Shown here: positions 49,050-64,000 of the stretch, one piece after another | Layout of the letters: each line of letters begins with the position of its first letter | Numbering within the stretch: position 1 is the first letter of the stretch | NCBI RefSeq assembly: GCF_009914755.1 | Contig: NC_060926.1 | Length of the DNA: 64,000 bases | Source of the DNA: the human T2T-CHM13v2.0 reference genome, Homo sapiens | Strand: one strand, 5' to 3' | The notes under the pieces: generated by a model | Database searches by the model: none | What the model saw: the letters and a program-made list of their open reading frames with translations, nothing else | What the model was told of the DNA's origin: nothing | Made by a program: the position numbers and the translations under genes

Positions 49050-49789
49050 TGAAAATTAAAATAAAAACCCGCTAAAAACAAACAAAACTCTGACTGATGT
49101 TTCTCCAGAGAAGCTGGATGTTTCATTTATTGCCTGATTCTAACATCTTCTTCATTGATTTTTGTCAAGATGAGTCAGAAACCTTCTCTAATCTCAAAAC
49201 AAAATGGAACATCTAAATTATCTACATATGCAGCTCACATAAACTCATATTGCTACCAAGATGGGCTCACAAAAGATGACCTGCCATAGTGCATGAGCTG
49301 TTATAATAAACAATTCTTTCTGAGCACCTGTTCAGATAAAGGCAGCCATAGGCCATTACCTTGTATACAATTTGCTTTCTATACGATGTTTATTCATTCA
49401 ACAAGTAATTTCTAGGATTCTGCTATGTATGAAACATAATACCAGACACTAAGGATATAAAGATGAGAAAGATGAGTCTAATGGACAAAGTCCCAGACCT
49501 CCTGAATAATACGTAACCCTAACCTACCTCACTAAAAACTGCTAAATGGAATTAGTGTCTCAACCCAAGACAACTGTCTGTGGACTATTCCATGGCTAAT
49601 ATAGTGGCCAGATGAGGCAAGTCTGCTCATTTGGGGAGCTCTCTATCATTTTTGGCTAGCAGAACAAATTAGATGCTTCTTTGAGAGCGTAAGTTCTTTG
49701 TTTGGCAGAGCATCCTAGGATTGTGTCTATTGTAGGAACCCCTGTGTCACAACTATTATTCTTTAGAATGACTGGGTCACTTAATATGA

Positions 49790-50215
49790 ATATTAATTCA
49801 TTTATTAAGCACGCATTTGTTGAAATGTTACAAGACGCCAGGCACTACGCTAAGAGTGAAGAAATTAATCAAATGAAACTCACTTTAATTCTGTATTTTA
49901 GGAATTTACAGAAATTCCAAGTAGATTGTATTTGTACAGAATGAAAACACGAAGATTAGGAGACAGCAGGGAAAAAATGATACTGGAATTCAGGAATGAG
50001 AAGCCTGGATTTGAAGATCTGAGGAAAGCTGCAAGAAGAGAGTAAGCTTATGTAGGATTTGAGTGTTGAAATTAAGGCAATGGTATTCCAGGCAGAAAAT
50101 ATCACCGTAAGAGAACACAAGTTTGGCCGGAGTAAATTGTATGTGACCAAGAGTCTTGGGAAATGAGACTTGACAGTTTAGATGGGGATAGATTCAAAAG
50201 AATTTTGCTTGACCA
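49790..50215 (-). mobile_element. L2 LINE fragment
   Basis: ATTCATTTATTAAGCACGCATTTGTTGAAATG...GCCAGGCACTACGCTAAG; TATTCCAGGCAGAAAA. Confidence 0.55.
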
Positions 50216-50600
50216 TTGTAATGCTGTTTTTCTGTGTGTAATGGCTGCATTGAGATAAAATTCATGATATACAATTCACTCATTTTAAATGTACAAATCA
50301 ATGGTTTTTAGTATATTTACAGTTGTGTAGCCATCACTACAATTGGTTGTAGAACATTTTCTTCACTCCTAAAGGAAACCTCATACCCATTAGTAGTCAC
50401 TTCCCATTTACCTCCAGTTCATTCCCCTGTTGGGTCTCACAACCTAAATCTACTTCTGTCTCTATGCATTTGCATAGCTGTATAATTTATTTTAATGGTA
50501 TCATACACTACATGGCCTTTTGCATCTAGCTTTTTTCACTTAGCAAAAAATTTTCAAGTTGCCAATGGTGCAGCATGTATCAGCACTTCATTGAATCTGA

Positions 50601-50721
50601 TTTCTTTTTTTTTTTTTTTCGAGGCAGAGTCTCACTCTGTTGCCTGGGCTGGAGTGTATTCGTGTGATCTCAACTCACTGCAACCTCCATTTCCTGGGCT
50701 TAAGCGACCCTCCTGCCTCAG
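50601..50721 (-). mobile_element. Truncated Alu (right-arm fragment)
   Basis: Poly-T then GAGGCAGAGTCTCACTCTGTTGCCTGGGCTGGAGTG...CCTGCCTCAG. Confidence 0.85.
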
Positions 50722-51352
50722 TGTTCCCACTCTATGTTTAACCCATTGAGGACATGAAAATCTGTTTTCCAAAGTGGCTCCAGCATTTTATATTTCCAGT
50801 AGCTATGTATGAGGATTAATATTTCTTCACATCCTCACCAACACTTGTTATTAAGCATGTTCTAGATGATAGCCATGTTAGTGAGTGTGAAGTGTATCCT
50901 ATTGTGGTTTTCAATTTATTTCCCTAATGACTAATAATTTTGAGCATCTTTTCATGTGCTTACTGAACATTTGTTAATTTTCTCTGGAGAAATGTCTCCT
51001 CAGATCCTGTATCCATTTTGGAAATAGTTTATGTATCTTTTTTATTGTTGAGTTTTTATACATTCAAGCTGTTTTATACATTCTCGATACTGGTCTCTTT
51101 TCAAGTATATGATTTGTAAATATTTTCTCCCATTCTTTCTGTTCCATTTTCATTTTCTGCATGATGTCCTTTGAAGCACAAAAGTTTTTAATTTGATGGC
51201 ATTTAAGGTATCTATTTATATTGTTGCTTTTGCTTTTGGTGTCGTAGTTAATAAAATTTCTAACTAAAGATCATGAGGATTTACTCCTATTTTTCTTGAA
51301 CCAGGCATGTAGGTTTAGCTCTTACATTTAGGTCTATTATCCATTTCCAGTA

Positions 51353-51390
<38 letters not shown>

Positions 51391-54087
51391 GAGATAACAG
51401 GCACAACTGTATTCTTTCCCATAAAGATAAACAGCCATTCTGTACTAGTGGTTGAAAATATATTCTTCCCCATTGAATTGCCTTAACACACTTGTCAAAA
51501 ATCAATTAACCAATAAATATGGGGGTTTGCTTCTACACATCCAATTGTACTTCATGAATCTGTATTTCTATCCCTATTCTTGTGCCATACTGTCTTGATA
51601 ACTTTATCTTTGAAGTTTAAAATCAGAAAGTTATAATCATTTAACTCTGTTTTTCTAAAAGATTTAGACTACTACTTTTCATTTACATTCTTACATAAAT
51701 TTTAAGATAAACTTGTCAATTTCTTCAAGCTCACAGATGAGCCTTTTAGAGTGATGTATTGAATGTGTAGATTATTTTGAGGAATATTGCCATATTGACA
51801 ATATTAAGTCCTACCATCCACAAACAGAAGGTATCTTTCAATTTAGGATTTCTTTCAACTATATTTAATAGGATTCAGAGTGCAAGTTTTGCACTTTTTT
51901 GGTTACATTTATTTTTAGGCTTTTTTAAATTTTATGCTACTTTAAGTGGAATTGTTTTCCCAAGTCCATTTATGCATAGTTGATTCCCAGTGTGAAAAAA
52001 TATGATGGATTTTTGTACTTTGATCTTGTACCCTGCAGTATTGCTGAATTCATATTAGGTCTAGCAGTATTTAGTGAATTCCTTAGAATTCTGCAAACAT
52101 AAATATCTTTATTTCTTGCTTTTCCATATGGATGCCTTTTACTTCTTTTGCTTGCCAAATTGTACTAGCTAGAACTTCCAGTACAATGTTGGACAGAAAT
52201 AGCTAGAGCAGACATTCTTGTCTTATCCCTCATCTGAAGGGGAAAGCTTTCAACCTTTCAGTGTTAAGTGCTATGCTTGCTGTGGTTTTTTATACATTTC
52301 ATTTATCAGGTTGAAAAGGTTTCCTTTTATTCTAGCTTTACTTATTTATATTTTGATGAAAGAATGTTGGGTTTCTCTGAAAAGTTTTTACTGTGTCTAA
52401 TGAGATTTTTTCTTCTTTATTCTATAGACCTGGTATATTAATATTAATGAATTTTTGAATGTTAAACCACCCTTATATTTCTGAGATAAATTCCAATTGG
52501 TGATAATGTTATCATTTTTCTATGTTATTGGACTCAGTATGCTAATATTTTGTTGAGGATTTTTGCATATGTAAATATAAGGTCTATACTGTTCTTTCCT
52601 TGTAATGTCTTTGTTGGGTTGTGGTATCAGAGTAGTATTGGCCTCATAGAATGAATTATGACATATTTCCTTTTCTCATTTTTTGGAAGAGTTTGTTAAG
52701 AATTGTTATTAATTATTTTTAGAATATTTGTTAGAATTTATCACTGAAGCTACCTGGTTCTGAGATTTTCTTTGTAGAAAGGTTTTTAAATTACTAATTC
52801 AATTTCTTACATGTTGTAGCCATTTTTAGATTTTTGTTGTCTTTTTCAGTCAGTTTTGGCATTTGTGTCTTTCTCAGGATATGGAAATGTATCTAAGTTA
52901 TCTAAGGCATTGGTATATAATTGTTCAGAATATTCCTTTATAATCCTGATCATGACTGTGTTATTAATAGCGATGTCTCCAATTTCATTCCTGACTACAG
53001 TAATGAGAGTCCTTCTTTTGTTCTACCTAGCTAAAGGTGTGTAAATCCTGTTGATCTGTTCAAGAAAGAAAATTTGATTTTGTTTTCTCTTGCATTGCTT
53101 TCTATACCATAAATCATTAACTTCTCTTTTATGCTTCTCTTTTTTTCTGTTTGCTCCAGGATTGTTTTGTTCTTTTTTCCAGTATATTGATGTAGACAGT
53201 TAACTTATTGATTTGATTTTTTTAAATTATACGCATTAATGCTACAAATTTCTTCTAAACACTGTTTTAGGAGCATCTCATAAAGTGACATGTTTCATTT
53301 TATTTTCATATGACTCAAATCATAATCTAATTTTTCTTGGGATTTTGTTGTTCACTCATTAATTATACAGATTATGTTGTTAAATTTCCACATAGTTGCC
53401 AACTTCCCAAATTTACTTCTGTTGTTGATTTATAATTCAATAGAAATTAGAACAATGGAAGTAATTGCAGAACATACTATGTATGATTGTGATTCCTTTA
53501 AATTTACTGGGGCTTGCTTTACAGGCTAACTTATGGTGTATCCAGGATAATGTTTCATATGCACTTGATGAGAAAGTGTATACCACTCTTGTTGGTGGAA
53601 TGTTCTGCAGAAGTCTTCCAAGTCTAGTTGGTTTAGACTGCTGTGCAAATGTTTATTTCTTTGTTGATTTTAAACTTAGTGGCTCTTTCTATGTTTGAAA
53701 GTGTGTTATTAAACTCTCCAACTATTTTTGTTGAATTGTCTATTTTTCCCTCTAATTATGTCAGAGCAGACTCCATGAATTTTGGAGTTCTTTTTGGGTG
53801 AATATGGAATTACTTTATTTCTAGATTTACTGGTAAGTGTATCATTATAAAGTGTTACTTTTTTGTAGGAACATTTTTATCTTAAACTCCATTTTGTCTG
53901 ATGTTTGTAAAGCTGTTCTTGCTTCCTTATGTTTGCTTTTTGTATGATATATAATTTTCTATCCTTTTGTTTTTAGCCTATTTATATCTTTAAATCTAAA
54001 TTGTGTCTCCATATTTTTGGAATCTTTTTTTTTTTTAATTCAGTTTTCCAATCTCTACCTTTTGATTAAATTGTTTAATATGTTCAC

Positions 54088-54763
<676 letters not shown>

Positions 54764-55056
54764 TTAATGTTCTTATTGATATAGTTGATTTTGTCTGCCA
54801 TTGAAGTTTTGGTTTTCTATATATCTCATGTATATTTTATTCCTCATTTCTCTTTTAACCTCTTTTTCATGTGGTGACTCCATATGACCTTTATTTTAGC
54901 CATTCTAAAGTTAGTTGAGTTACGTTCTGCCTAACCCTGTTGAGTAGTTGATTACTGTTATATTACAATTACTTGTTTAGGCCAACAGTTTGCTAACCAA
55001 AATTTCCAACAGAGTATATATAAATCCCTAAGATTTGAATCAAAATAATGCATGAG

Positions 55057-56121
<1,065 letters not shown>

Positions 56122-58311
56122 AGTACTTTCCTCACTGTCATAGAGTGCGTCTTAAAAGACAAACATAAACCAATAAATTACATTAAATAAATATCTAGTA
56201 ATAATAGTGGTTATAATTTTTATTTATTACAGTACCTAGAATATTCTATGCACAATAAGAAAAGATTTCCTCTGGGTCTAATTAGTTGATTACATCTTGC
56301 ATTTGAATTAGAGTGATGTATTAATTATAGTTTGACTCCATGAATATTTACCTTGTCCCAGATACTAAATTTTGATTTACTTGGATTTCAAAAATACATA
56401 GCCTCATTGTAATTCCATTTCTAAAAATAAAAGGCAAACTCAGTTTATCAGAATTTTAAAAATTGAATTTTCAAGCATTTTGTTCTTATACTATAAAAAA
56501 ATGTGAACAAATACAACCCACATGTAAAGACATTAGCAGCCTATCATTTCTAAGGTCACACGTTTCTCCTCTTTTCAGTTACATATACAAAACAGTTGGA
56601 AAATTAAGCTTTTTGGAATGCTATTGCCCCTACCATCTTAGCAATGAGATTATTATAAATTCACCTCTAATGGGAGTGGAATTGATATAACAAAAAGATG
56701 TAAACCAGCTGTTATTTTTAAGTCAACATCTTTCTATAGGCTACACAAATAAGCTGTCTTTTGAAATTTGATGAACAGCAGCTACTTACAGAGAAACATA
56801 AAATATAATGATTCATTATATGCTGTGGATTTTCAGTTGAAGAAAAGATCTTTAAGATTTTAACATTTTATGACGTTATGCTTTGTATTAGTATTTTACT
56901 GCAGAAATACATTATTATTTGCAGATTTCCTGCTCTAAAATTATAAAAACATATTGTAATAAATAATATTCTGAGCAATTGATCAGTGTCTGAATTTTTT
57001 AAAATGAATTTTCATAAAGTATGATACAAAATATTTTTAAATGTTATTTACTGAAGTATAAGCCTTTAAAAAATAGGTCTGGCAATTTTCTTGTTAAGTC
57101 TAGTTTTTGATATTTTATTTTTCTTTGAATATTATAAATGTAATCTTTCTACCATTACATTTATAACTGCTTATGGTCTGTGGTCATATAAAATGTTTTT
57201 AATTCTACATTTTAGTTATGTTAACAGTCATCTTATTGAATGTTCTTATGATTTGCAATAGGTTGTCTGTTGTTTTGATTGGATTTTCTAGGTGTGCAAT
57301 GACGTTAATAGCACACATAGATACATATTTTCCCTCTTTGAGAATACCTAATTCTTTTATTTTGATTTAACATCTTCATACACTGTCTGAAACTTCCTGA
57401 AGGAAATGTTAATCATAGTGGTAGACATTCCCTTGTCTTCTTCTTAATTTATTTTAGAACAATTTTATATTTCACCACAAATCAAGTACGTAGGTATTAT
57501 GTTCATTAAGTGTTCTCATGCTCCTATTTTGCTTCCAGCTTAATTTTTAGTTATAAATAATTTTAGTTTTCATGAAATGGTTTTTGTGGGTACTGTCGAA
57601 GTGGATATATATATATATATATATGTATATATAGTTCTTTATTAATCTGTTGAATTAAATTAGATTGTCTTAATTTTGCTCTTTTTATTCCTAGAATAAT
57701 ACCACTTTATTACACTACTACTGAAATTTATTTTACTTAGCTTCTTAAAAATTTTATTTAAGTACTTTGTTTAAGTAAGTTTTATTGATATTTTTAATTC
57801 CATTTGTGAGGTAATGGTTTAAAGAGTGCATGTCTATATTTTCTTCTTAAACGTTTGAAACAATTTACACATGAAATCACTTCATCTTTCATCCTCCACC
57901 TTTTTATTGTAAAAGTTAAATATATACACATACACACAGAGTAAGAGAAATAATGTAACACTTATTTTCTGACCATGCAAAATAGATATTTTGCGTTCAT
58001 TAATATTTGGCAATTTTATCTCTTTAACTTTGGCCTTAGATTTTTAAAATAATTATAACATAAAATATTTTTGATTTGTCAGTGAAGTATTTGGATTTTT
58101 AAAATATATATACAGACATCATTTTTCTCTGAAAATGATTTTTTTAACCCATATACCCTTTGTGTATTTTTTCTAGGTTTCCTTCTTTTGCTAGACCACC
58201 AGTACAGTATCAACAAATACTGATGACAGAAGTATTTTTCTCTAGTTTCTTCAAAATGCTAGTAATGTTTCACCACTAATTTTATATTTCGTTCAACATA
58301 AGTTTTTAATA

Positions 58312-58462
58312 TATTTTATTGTGGTTAAAAACATATATGATATTTACTATTTTAACCATTTGTAAATAAACAGTTCAATGGCGTTGAGTACATTCACCAT
58401 GTTGTGCAAGCATCACCACTGTCTAATTCTAGAACCTTTTCATCACCCTATCAGAGACTCTG
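58312..58462 (-). mobile_element. L1MA/MB 3'-terminal fragment
   Basis: TTTTATTGTGGTTAAAAACATATA...TTTACTATTTTAACCATTTGTAA...CAGTTCAATGGCGTTGAGTACATTCACCATGTTGTGCAA. Confidence 0.75.
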
Positions 58463-59689
58463 TGGATACTGAGTCTGAGCTGGAAGTAACTTTTAGTGAA
58501 GGGCAACATGGACTGGTGTATACCAGCTATATGTGCAAAGTGTTACGGTAACAAGAGCAAGAAGCAAATGAATTTGATTGACCGGTTTGAGAAAATACCA
58601 GAGGAGATGTGAAATAAGTTTTGTCTTTGAAACGTGAGCAGATTAGCCATAGGTGAAGAAAATGGCAAAGCATATTAACAGGTCATAGAAACATTAGAAA
58701 CAAAGTCCAAAAGGAACTGAAGCCAATGCTAAGTTTATGAAACTGGATGTAATCCAGTCAACAATGGGGGAGGAGAGTAGATGAAATTGCAAGAAGTGAG
58801 ATTTTAGAAGATTTTGAAAACCGTATGAGAGTTAGACTTTATTCTGTTGGTCCCAGGAAGTTTATTTGCTATTTTTCACCTGTTGCATGAGGCAAAACTA
58901 CCTCTGTTTTTGGAGGCCATTATGGCAGCATTGTAGAGAGAGAAAGCAGGTAAAGAGACAAGTGGAACCAATGTCACCATTGTGAAGCACTGACACCCAG
59001 CAGTGGCAGTGGAAATGGAAAGAATGACACAGAGGGTATTTTAGAATCAGACTCAATGCACCTGGACATCTCCTTCGCCCCTCACAGTCCCTCACTCACC
59101 TTTCTTCCTCACCTGCCTTGCCAGTCCTCTTTCAAACTGCTGCTCTCCACATTCCTCCAGTCACTGAAGCACAACCTCCCTGTAGCCCAACGTTGATCAT
59201 ACTATTCTCATACTTGAAAGTACTGATGTCGCTCCTCCGTAACAGAGAAATATAATCTTATTTTTTAAACTTGGCATTCAAGAGTCATAATGATCTAACT
59301 CTATTACCTTTGCAGACTTGTCACATTTCTAAATGTATCTTGTTTCAATAAAAGTAGCCTCTAGCTCTCTCTAAGACTACTCTTCATTTTCTGCTTTCTG
59401 TTGCCTTTGTTGCACGAAATAAAGTCCTACTAATACTTAAAACCTCAACTCAAATATTATCTCTTTAATAAACGTACATCAAAAGTATTCAGTTAGGTAT
59501 ACACTCTTCTACATTCTTACGGTGTTCTGCTCTCTTTTTTTCTCACGTGAAGAGTTACTGTATATATGGTATCCCATATAGGATTTCCATATGACATCTA
59601 TGTCTTAATTTCAAAGCCAAGTCTCTCATAGAATAGATGCTTACAAACATTTAACAAATTAAAGAATTAGTACACCTGTTTGTGTTCCA

Positions 59690-60155
59690 TTATACTCAGT
59701 GTAAAGTCCAGACTACAGCGGCCTAAAATGCCATGCCTGACCTGGGCCTCCTATCTCTCCAACCTCGTCTACCACCAATTACCTTTTTATTGGGCATCCA
59801 CACCAAGTTTGTGCCCACATTAGGACTTTTATATTCACTACTTCCTCTGTAGGATGCTCAGCTACTAGGAGGATCCTCGCTACTTTTTTAATTATTTCGA
59901 CCTCGCCTTCCTCAATGAGGCCTTCCTTGACTTCCCCAATTACACTCAATCACATCAGGTCTTTCTTTTCATTTTTTTAATTATCACTACCTAAATTGTC
60001 TTTTAAACTTTTAAAGTATTATTAATTTTCCCTCTACCTTTTCTGAAATCTAAGCTCTGCTAGAGCAGAGATTGTTTTTCTTGGTCACCTATGTATTTAT
60101 TGGGTCTGTAACAGTTTTTAATCCTCAGTACTCTACACATGTTTGTTGAATTAAT
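59690..60155 (+). mobile_element. L2 LINE 3' fragment
   Basis: TCAATGAGGCCTTCCTTGAC, TAAGCTCTGCTAGAGCAGAGATTG and CAGTACTCTACACATGTTTGTTGAATTAAT resemble an L2 3' end. Confidence 0.6.
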
Positions 60156-60501
60156 TACATGTATCACACCTTTCAAATTCTTCTTCTAACTAAATCTAAA
60201 ATGAGTAGTAAGCTGGAAATGGGAGTTTAAAAAGTGAGAAAAATTTTCTCCTGACTAACTTAGTTTCTCCTAAATCTACTGCAGGGGATCAGTTAATCAA
60301 ATTATTTTAGAGGAAATTTTGTTTAAGGGTTCATGACATATCCAATGGCCATAGTGACTGAATCAGACATTCCCAGTTGTAATTCACCAGTGAGCTGAAA
60401 CTCTGTAATTAATTATCTTTCCATTTGAGGGAACATGTTACCATTACATGAAGATCAGTCCCAGGAACTGGTTTTCAAGGCAGGTTTAAGTGGCATACAT
60501 T

Positions 60502-60783
60502 GGCCAGATGCAGTGGCTCACACCTGTAATCTCAGCACTTTGGGAGGCCAAGGTGGGCAGATCACTTGAGCTCAGGAGTTCAGGACCAGCCTGGGCAACA
60601 TGGTGAAAACCCATGTTTTGTATTTTGTAAAAATACAAAAATTAGCCAGGCGTGGTGGCATGAGCCTGTACTCCAGGAGAATCACTTGAACCGGGAGGTG
60701 GAGGTTGCAGTGAGCCCAGATCAGGCCACTGCACTCCAGCCTGAGCAATAGAGTGAGACTCTGTCTGAAATAAATAAATAAAT
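60502..60783 (+). mobile_element. AluS/J with a small internal deletion
   Basis: GGCCAGATGCAGTGGCTCACACCTGTAATCTCAGCAC...GAGACTCTGTCT followed by a (TAAA)n tail. Confidence 0.9.
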
Positions 60784-62635
60784 TACATTATATATAATAC
60801 GTTTCTGCAATAGTGCTACTTCTTTCCCATTTCCAACTCTTCTATTATCCTTTTTGTTTGGTTTTAAACAATAATTCTTTATGTTCTACAACTAAATATT
60901 TTAATTTTATAATCCCTTAATTTTTTATTAGTTATAATCAGTTAGGGATATTACAAGTCACATAGAAAGTTTGTTCACACTTGGATGATAATACCTGTGA
61001 TCAATGAATCTTAGAGCAAAAGGTGAGGAAAACCTCATTATCTTTTTAACCCCTCTGAAAGTTTCCTTTGCGAAAGCAATAATGAATATGTCCTTTATCC
61101 TTATCTATTTTAAACCAACAAAAATTCAGTATAAATCAGAGGATGTCCAACCATCACATTAACAACCCAAAGGTTAATACTTAATAACAACAGGTGTATA
61201 TAATGAGCACTAACCATGCTAGACACTTTGCACACTTTCTTTCATTTAATTTTCATAACATCCCAGTGAGTTTGTATTATTAACATCCTATTTTAAAATA
61301 AGAAAACTAAAGTCTTGTGAAGGTTAAAAAATTACAAAGGTAATTTGGCAATCTTTTTAAAGAGAGTCTCTTGTTTAAATCCATGTTCTTAAATGTTAAG
61401 CCACATTGTAATTTTACTACAACCATGTCAGCAAAAAGGAGTATGACAACATTTTCAAAGGTCAACCAGTGCTTATCCACAGTTCTAGTTATTGGGTAAT
61501 AGTCTAAACATGCCAAAACTGACCTGCAAGATTATGCCCCAGAATTAGGACTCAAAATTTTCATTATTCAAACACATATTTCTGTTAATACACAGTATGT
61601 GCCTATGTTATGATCTATATACATTCCCTTGCAATCCTTGATATAAGACCATAAAATTTTCATTAATTTCCAATTTTACCCAGAGTACCACAACACCTCA
61701 ATGCTAACTAACTGGTAAGGAGGGTGGGATGTAGAGGAGGGAATTAGTGTATGCCAGCTCACACTGAAATATACATCAACTCACATATATGAGCACATGC
61801 ACATACACATATATACATATACACATTTAACAAAATGAAATTAAGATATTATCAATTTTACACAGATAAGCAAGAAATAGTCACAATAACATAGGCCTTC
61901 AACAAAGGGCCAAATAAAAGAGAAGCAGATAATAAATAATTCATAGAAGGATAGGAAGTAACTGCTCTGCACTGGGGTGAACAGAGAAGTCCCCCTCTGT
62001 GTGCGGTAATTTAGCTGGGTCTGATAAGGCCATTTCACAGGCAAGCGCAGTTGCAAAAGCAGGTGCAAAAAGTGGGGGGGAAATACTAAAGTAATATCAT
62101 GTAATTAGTTGCCCAAGAAAAGGCAATAGCACAGTTAAACACAACTGACAAAGAGGATCTGCTTTGCCTTTTAATTCCTTTTGATGTTTTCTTTTTAGCT
62201 GTTTTTCAAAAAAAAGAGATACAGTATTTTTCAGATTTGACATTTATAAACTAAAATTTTAGGTTTTTCAATATAATCCTTTTAGGTTATTCAATATCAT
62301 CCTTCCCCTGAAATACATCTTCTTATAGATTTTAAATGATTAAAACAAAACTGTATATTAGTACTGACTCCCCAAGGTGTCCCACTTCTGTCTTTTTTCT
62401 TTTAATTCCTGGAATAGTCAAGAGATTTGAAAAACAGTGTTATGAAACAGGGTGATTATAAATTTTCTACTACTTTTAGGAGAAAAATAAGCTGATTAAT
62501 AGTTTATGTCTGTCATTTTATATAGCAGCTTGGGATAGCATTTTCCCTGAATTATTAACAACAAATATAAGCTTGACAAGTCAAATAAATAATTAAACAA
62601 GAACCAACTGAGATGCATTTGATGCTAAATTGGAT

Positions 62636-63705
62636 AGAGGTACTGTGGTATAATTAAAACTGCAAATATTATAGTAGTAAGGGAAACCTAACTTAACTGA
62701 CTCCATCTTGCTTCTACCAGTCTAGATTGCTTTTGCTCATTCCTGTGTGAAAGCCATAATAGTCCTTTCCTGTTCCCTTCCTTGTTGAAAAATTGAAACT
62801 GTATTTGAAAGGTTAACAAAAGGTCACAAGGTTAGAATTATGGCAGGAGCTGAACTTTCCTAAAGAATGGGCATGGTTAAACGTAACTATTCACTGCTTA
62901 TTTAGCTTGCTTTTCTACAAGTTGCTTTCAGCTCCAGAGTCACGTAACCAGAGGTCACAAGAATTATTACTTCCCCAACTACTCCTATAGATAACATTAC
63001 TATTGTGTAACCTAAAGAACTGGTCTTTGAGGTATTTTTCAGATTAAGCATTTTGGCAAACCAAGACACACTGCCTAGTCCTGAGACCCCCCATCTCACA
63101 AGCTGACTCAGACAATTCAGACATCACAGTGATTTCATCTCTAGTCAATAGTTTCAGTTCCCCAGCCCTCTGCAGGCCAAAGTATCCTTAAAATCCCCAG
63201 CCTCTGAATTCTCAGGGAAGTGGATTTGAGAAATTTCTCCTATTCTCCTTGCCTGGCTGGCCCTGTGATAATTAAACTCTGTCTTTCTTGCAACACCTGC
63301 TGTTCTCAGTGCACTGGTTTTTTCATGGAAAGCAGATAAGAAGAACCCACTGGGTTATGACATAATGAGAAATATATCTGGTTTTTGTCCTTGGTTCCTA
63401 GCCCAGAGCTCCTAAAATCCTTAGAATTTCCCTGAGTGGTAGGAGTGTCTTTTGTTATTCATAAGGAGCCCCTTTTGATCACATCAGAGTTTATGCTAAT
63501 GAGATTTACTTAGGATGGGACACTTAGATAACCTCAGGATTAAAGGGTCGGAACTTTCAGCCCTACCCAGGAGCCTTGCGGAAGTGGGGCTAGGGAGACT
63601 GGAAATAAAGTTCTATAAAAACTCTCCAACAACCATATTGGATGAACATCTAGATTGGTAAGCACATTGAAATACTTGGAGGGTGGCACTCCCGGAGGGT
63701 GCATA
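62636..63705 (+). mobile_element. MER21C-like LTR, interrupted near its 5' end
   Basis: ACTGTGGTATAAT | ... | TAATGAGAAATATATCTGG...CAGAGCTCCTAAAATCCTTAGAATTTCCCTGAGTGGTAGGAGTGTCTTTTGTTATTCATAA. Confidence 0.75.
62655..63362 (+). mobile_element. Solo ERV1 LTR (LTR8/LTR26-like)
   Basis: ACTGACTCCATCTTGCTTCTA, AGAGGTCACAAGA, CTCCTATAGATAACATTACTATTG; ATTAAA poly(A) signal; ends in CA; TSD TAAT. Confidence 0.75.
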
Positions 63706-63940
63706 AAGAAGAAATAAGACTATCTTGATTTGCAGATTACATGTTTGCCTATATAGAAAATCCCAAAATAGCTATCAAAAAAATTATTAAACCAATAAAT
63801 GAGTTCAGCAATATAATGAGATATAAAATAAAATGCAGTAACATTTTTAATTACCTCATATAAGATAAATACTTAGGTATAAATCTAAAAATACATGTAG
63901 AAATCTATATAATTTAAATTACAAAATGCTGATTAAAAGT
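63706..63940 (+). mobile_element. Old L1 ORF2 fragment
   Basis: GAAGAAATAAGACTATCTTGATTTGCAGATTACATG...ATAGAAAATCCCAAA...AATAAATGAGTTCAGCAA (FADDM region). Confidence 0.75.
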
Positions 63941-63945
63941 TGATC

Positions 63946-64000
63946 TGCCTGTAATCCCAGCACTTTGGGAGGCCGAGGCGGGCAGATCACGAGGTCAGGA
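63946..64000 (+). mobile_element. Start of an AluY-like element (5'-clipped, runs off the window)
   Basis: GCCTGTAATCCCAGCACTTTGGGAGGCCGAGGCGGGCAGATCACGAGGTCAGGA. Confidence 0.9.

Overview
Primate (human-like hominoid) non-coding genomic DNA, AT-rich and dominated by transposable elements. I found no intact protein-coding gene, RNA gene or CRISPR array. Main landmarks: (1) a decayed HERV-E (LTR2-family) provirus at 37240-44170, with two 346-bp LTRs, an ATAA target-site duplication, a tRNA-Glu PBS, broken gag/pro/pol and an internally deleted env; (2) a 5'-complete but 3'-truncated L1PA at about 26020-29200 whose ORF1 carries only one nonsense codon; (3) a 5'-inverted, largely deleted L1PA at about 15650-17700; (4) several solo LTRs (THE1/MST, LTR27/28-like, MER72-like, MER67-like, LTR8-like, MER21C-like), old L1M/L2/MIR remnants, hAT and mariner fossils, and about 12 Alus, often nested. 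The most interesting non-repeat signal is a small CpG-retaining, promoter-like island at about 13500-13770 carrying a 47-codon ORF. Candidate tiny exons lie nearby. Repeat subfamily names come from recalled consensus sequences and need RepeatMasker/Dfam confirmation. I saw no convincing evidence of a new multi-gene biological system; the findings below are hypotheses.
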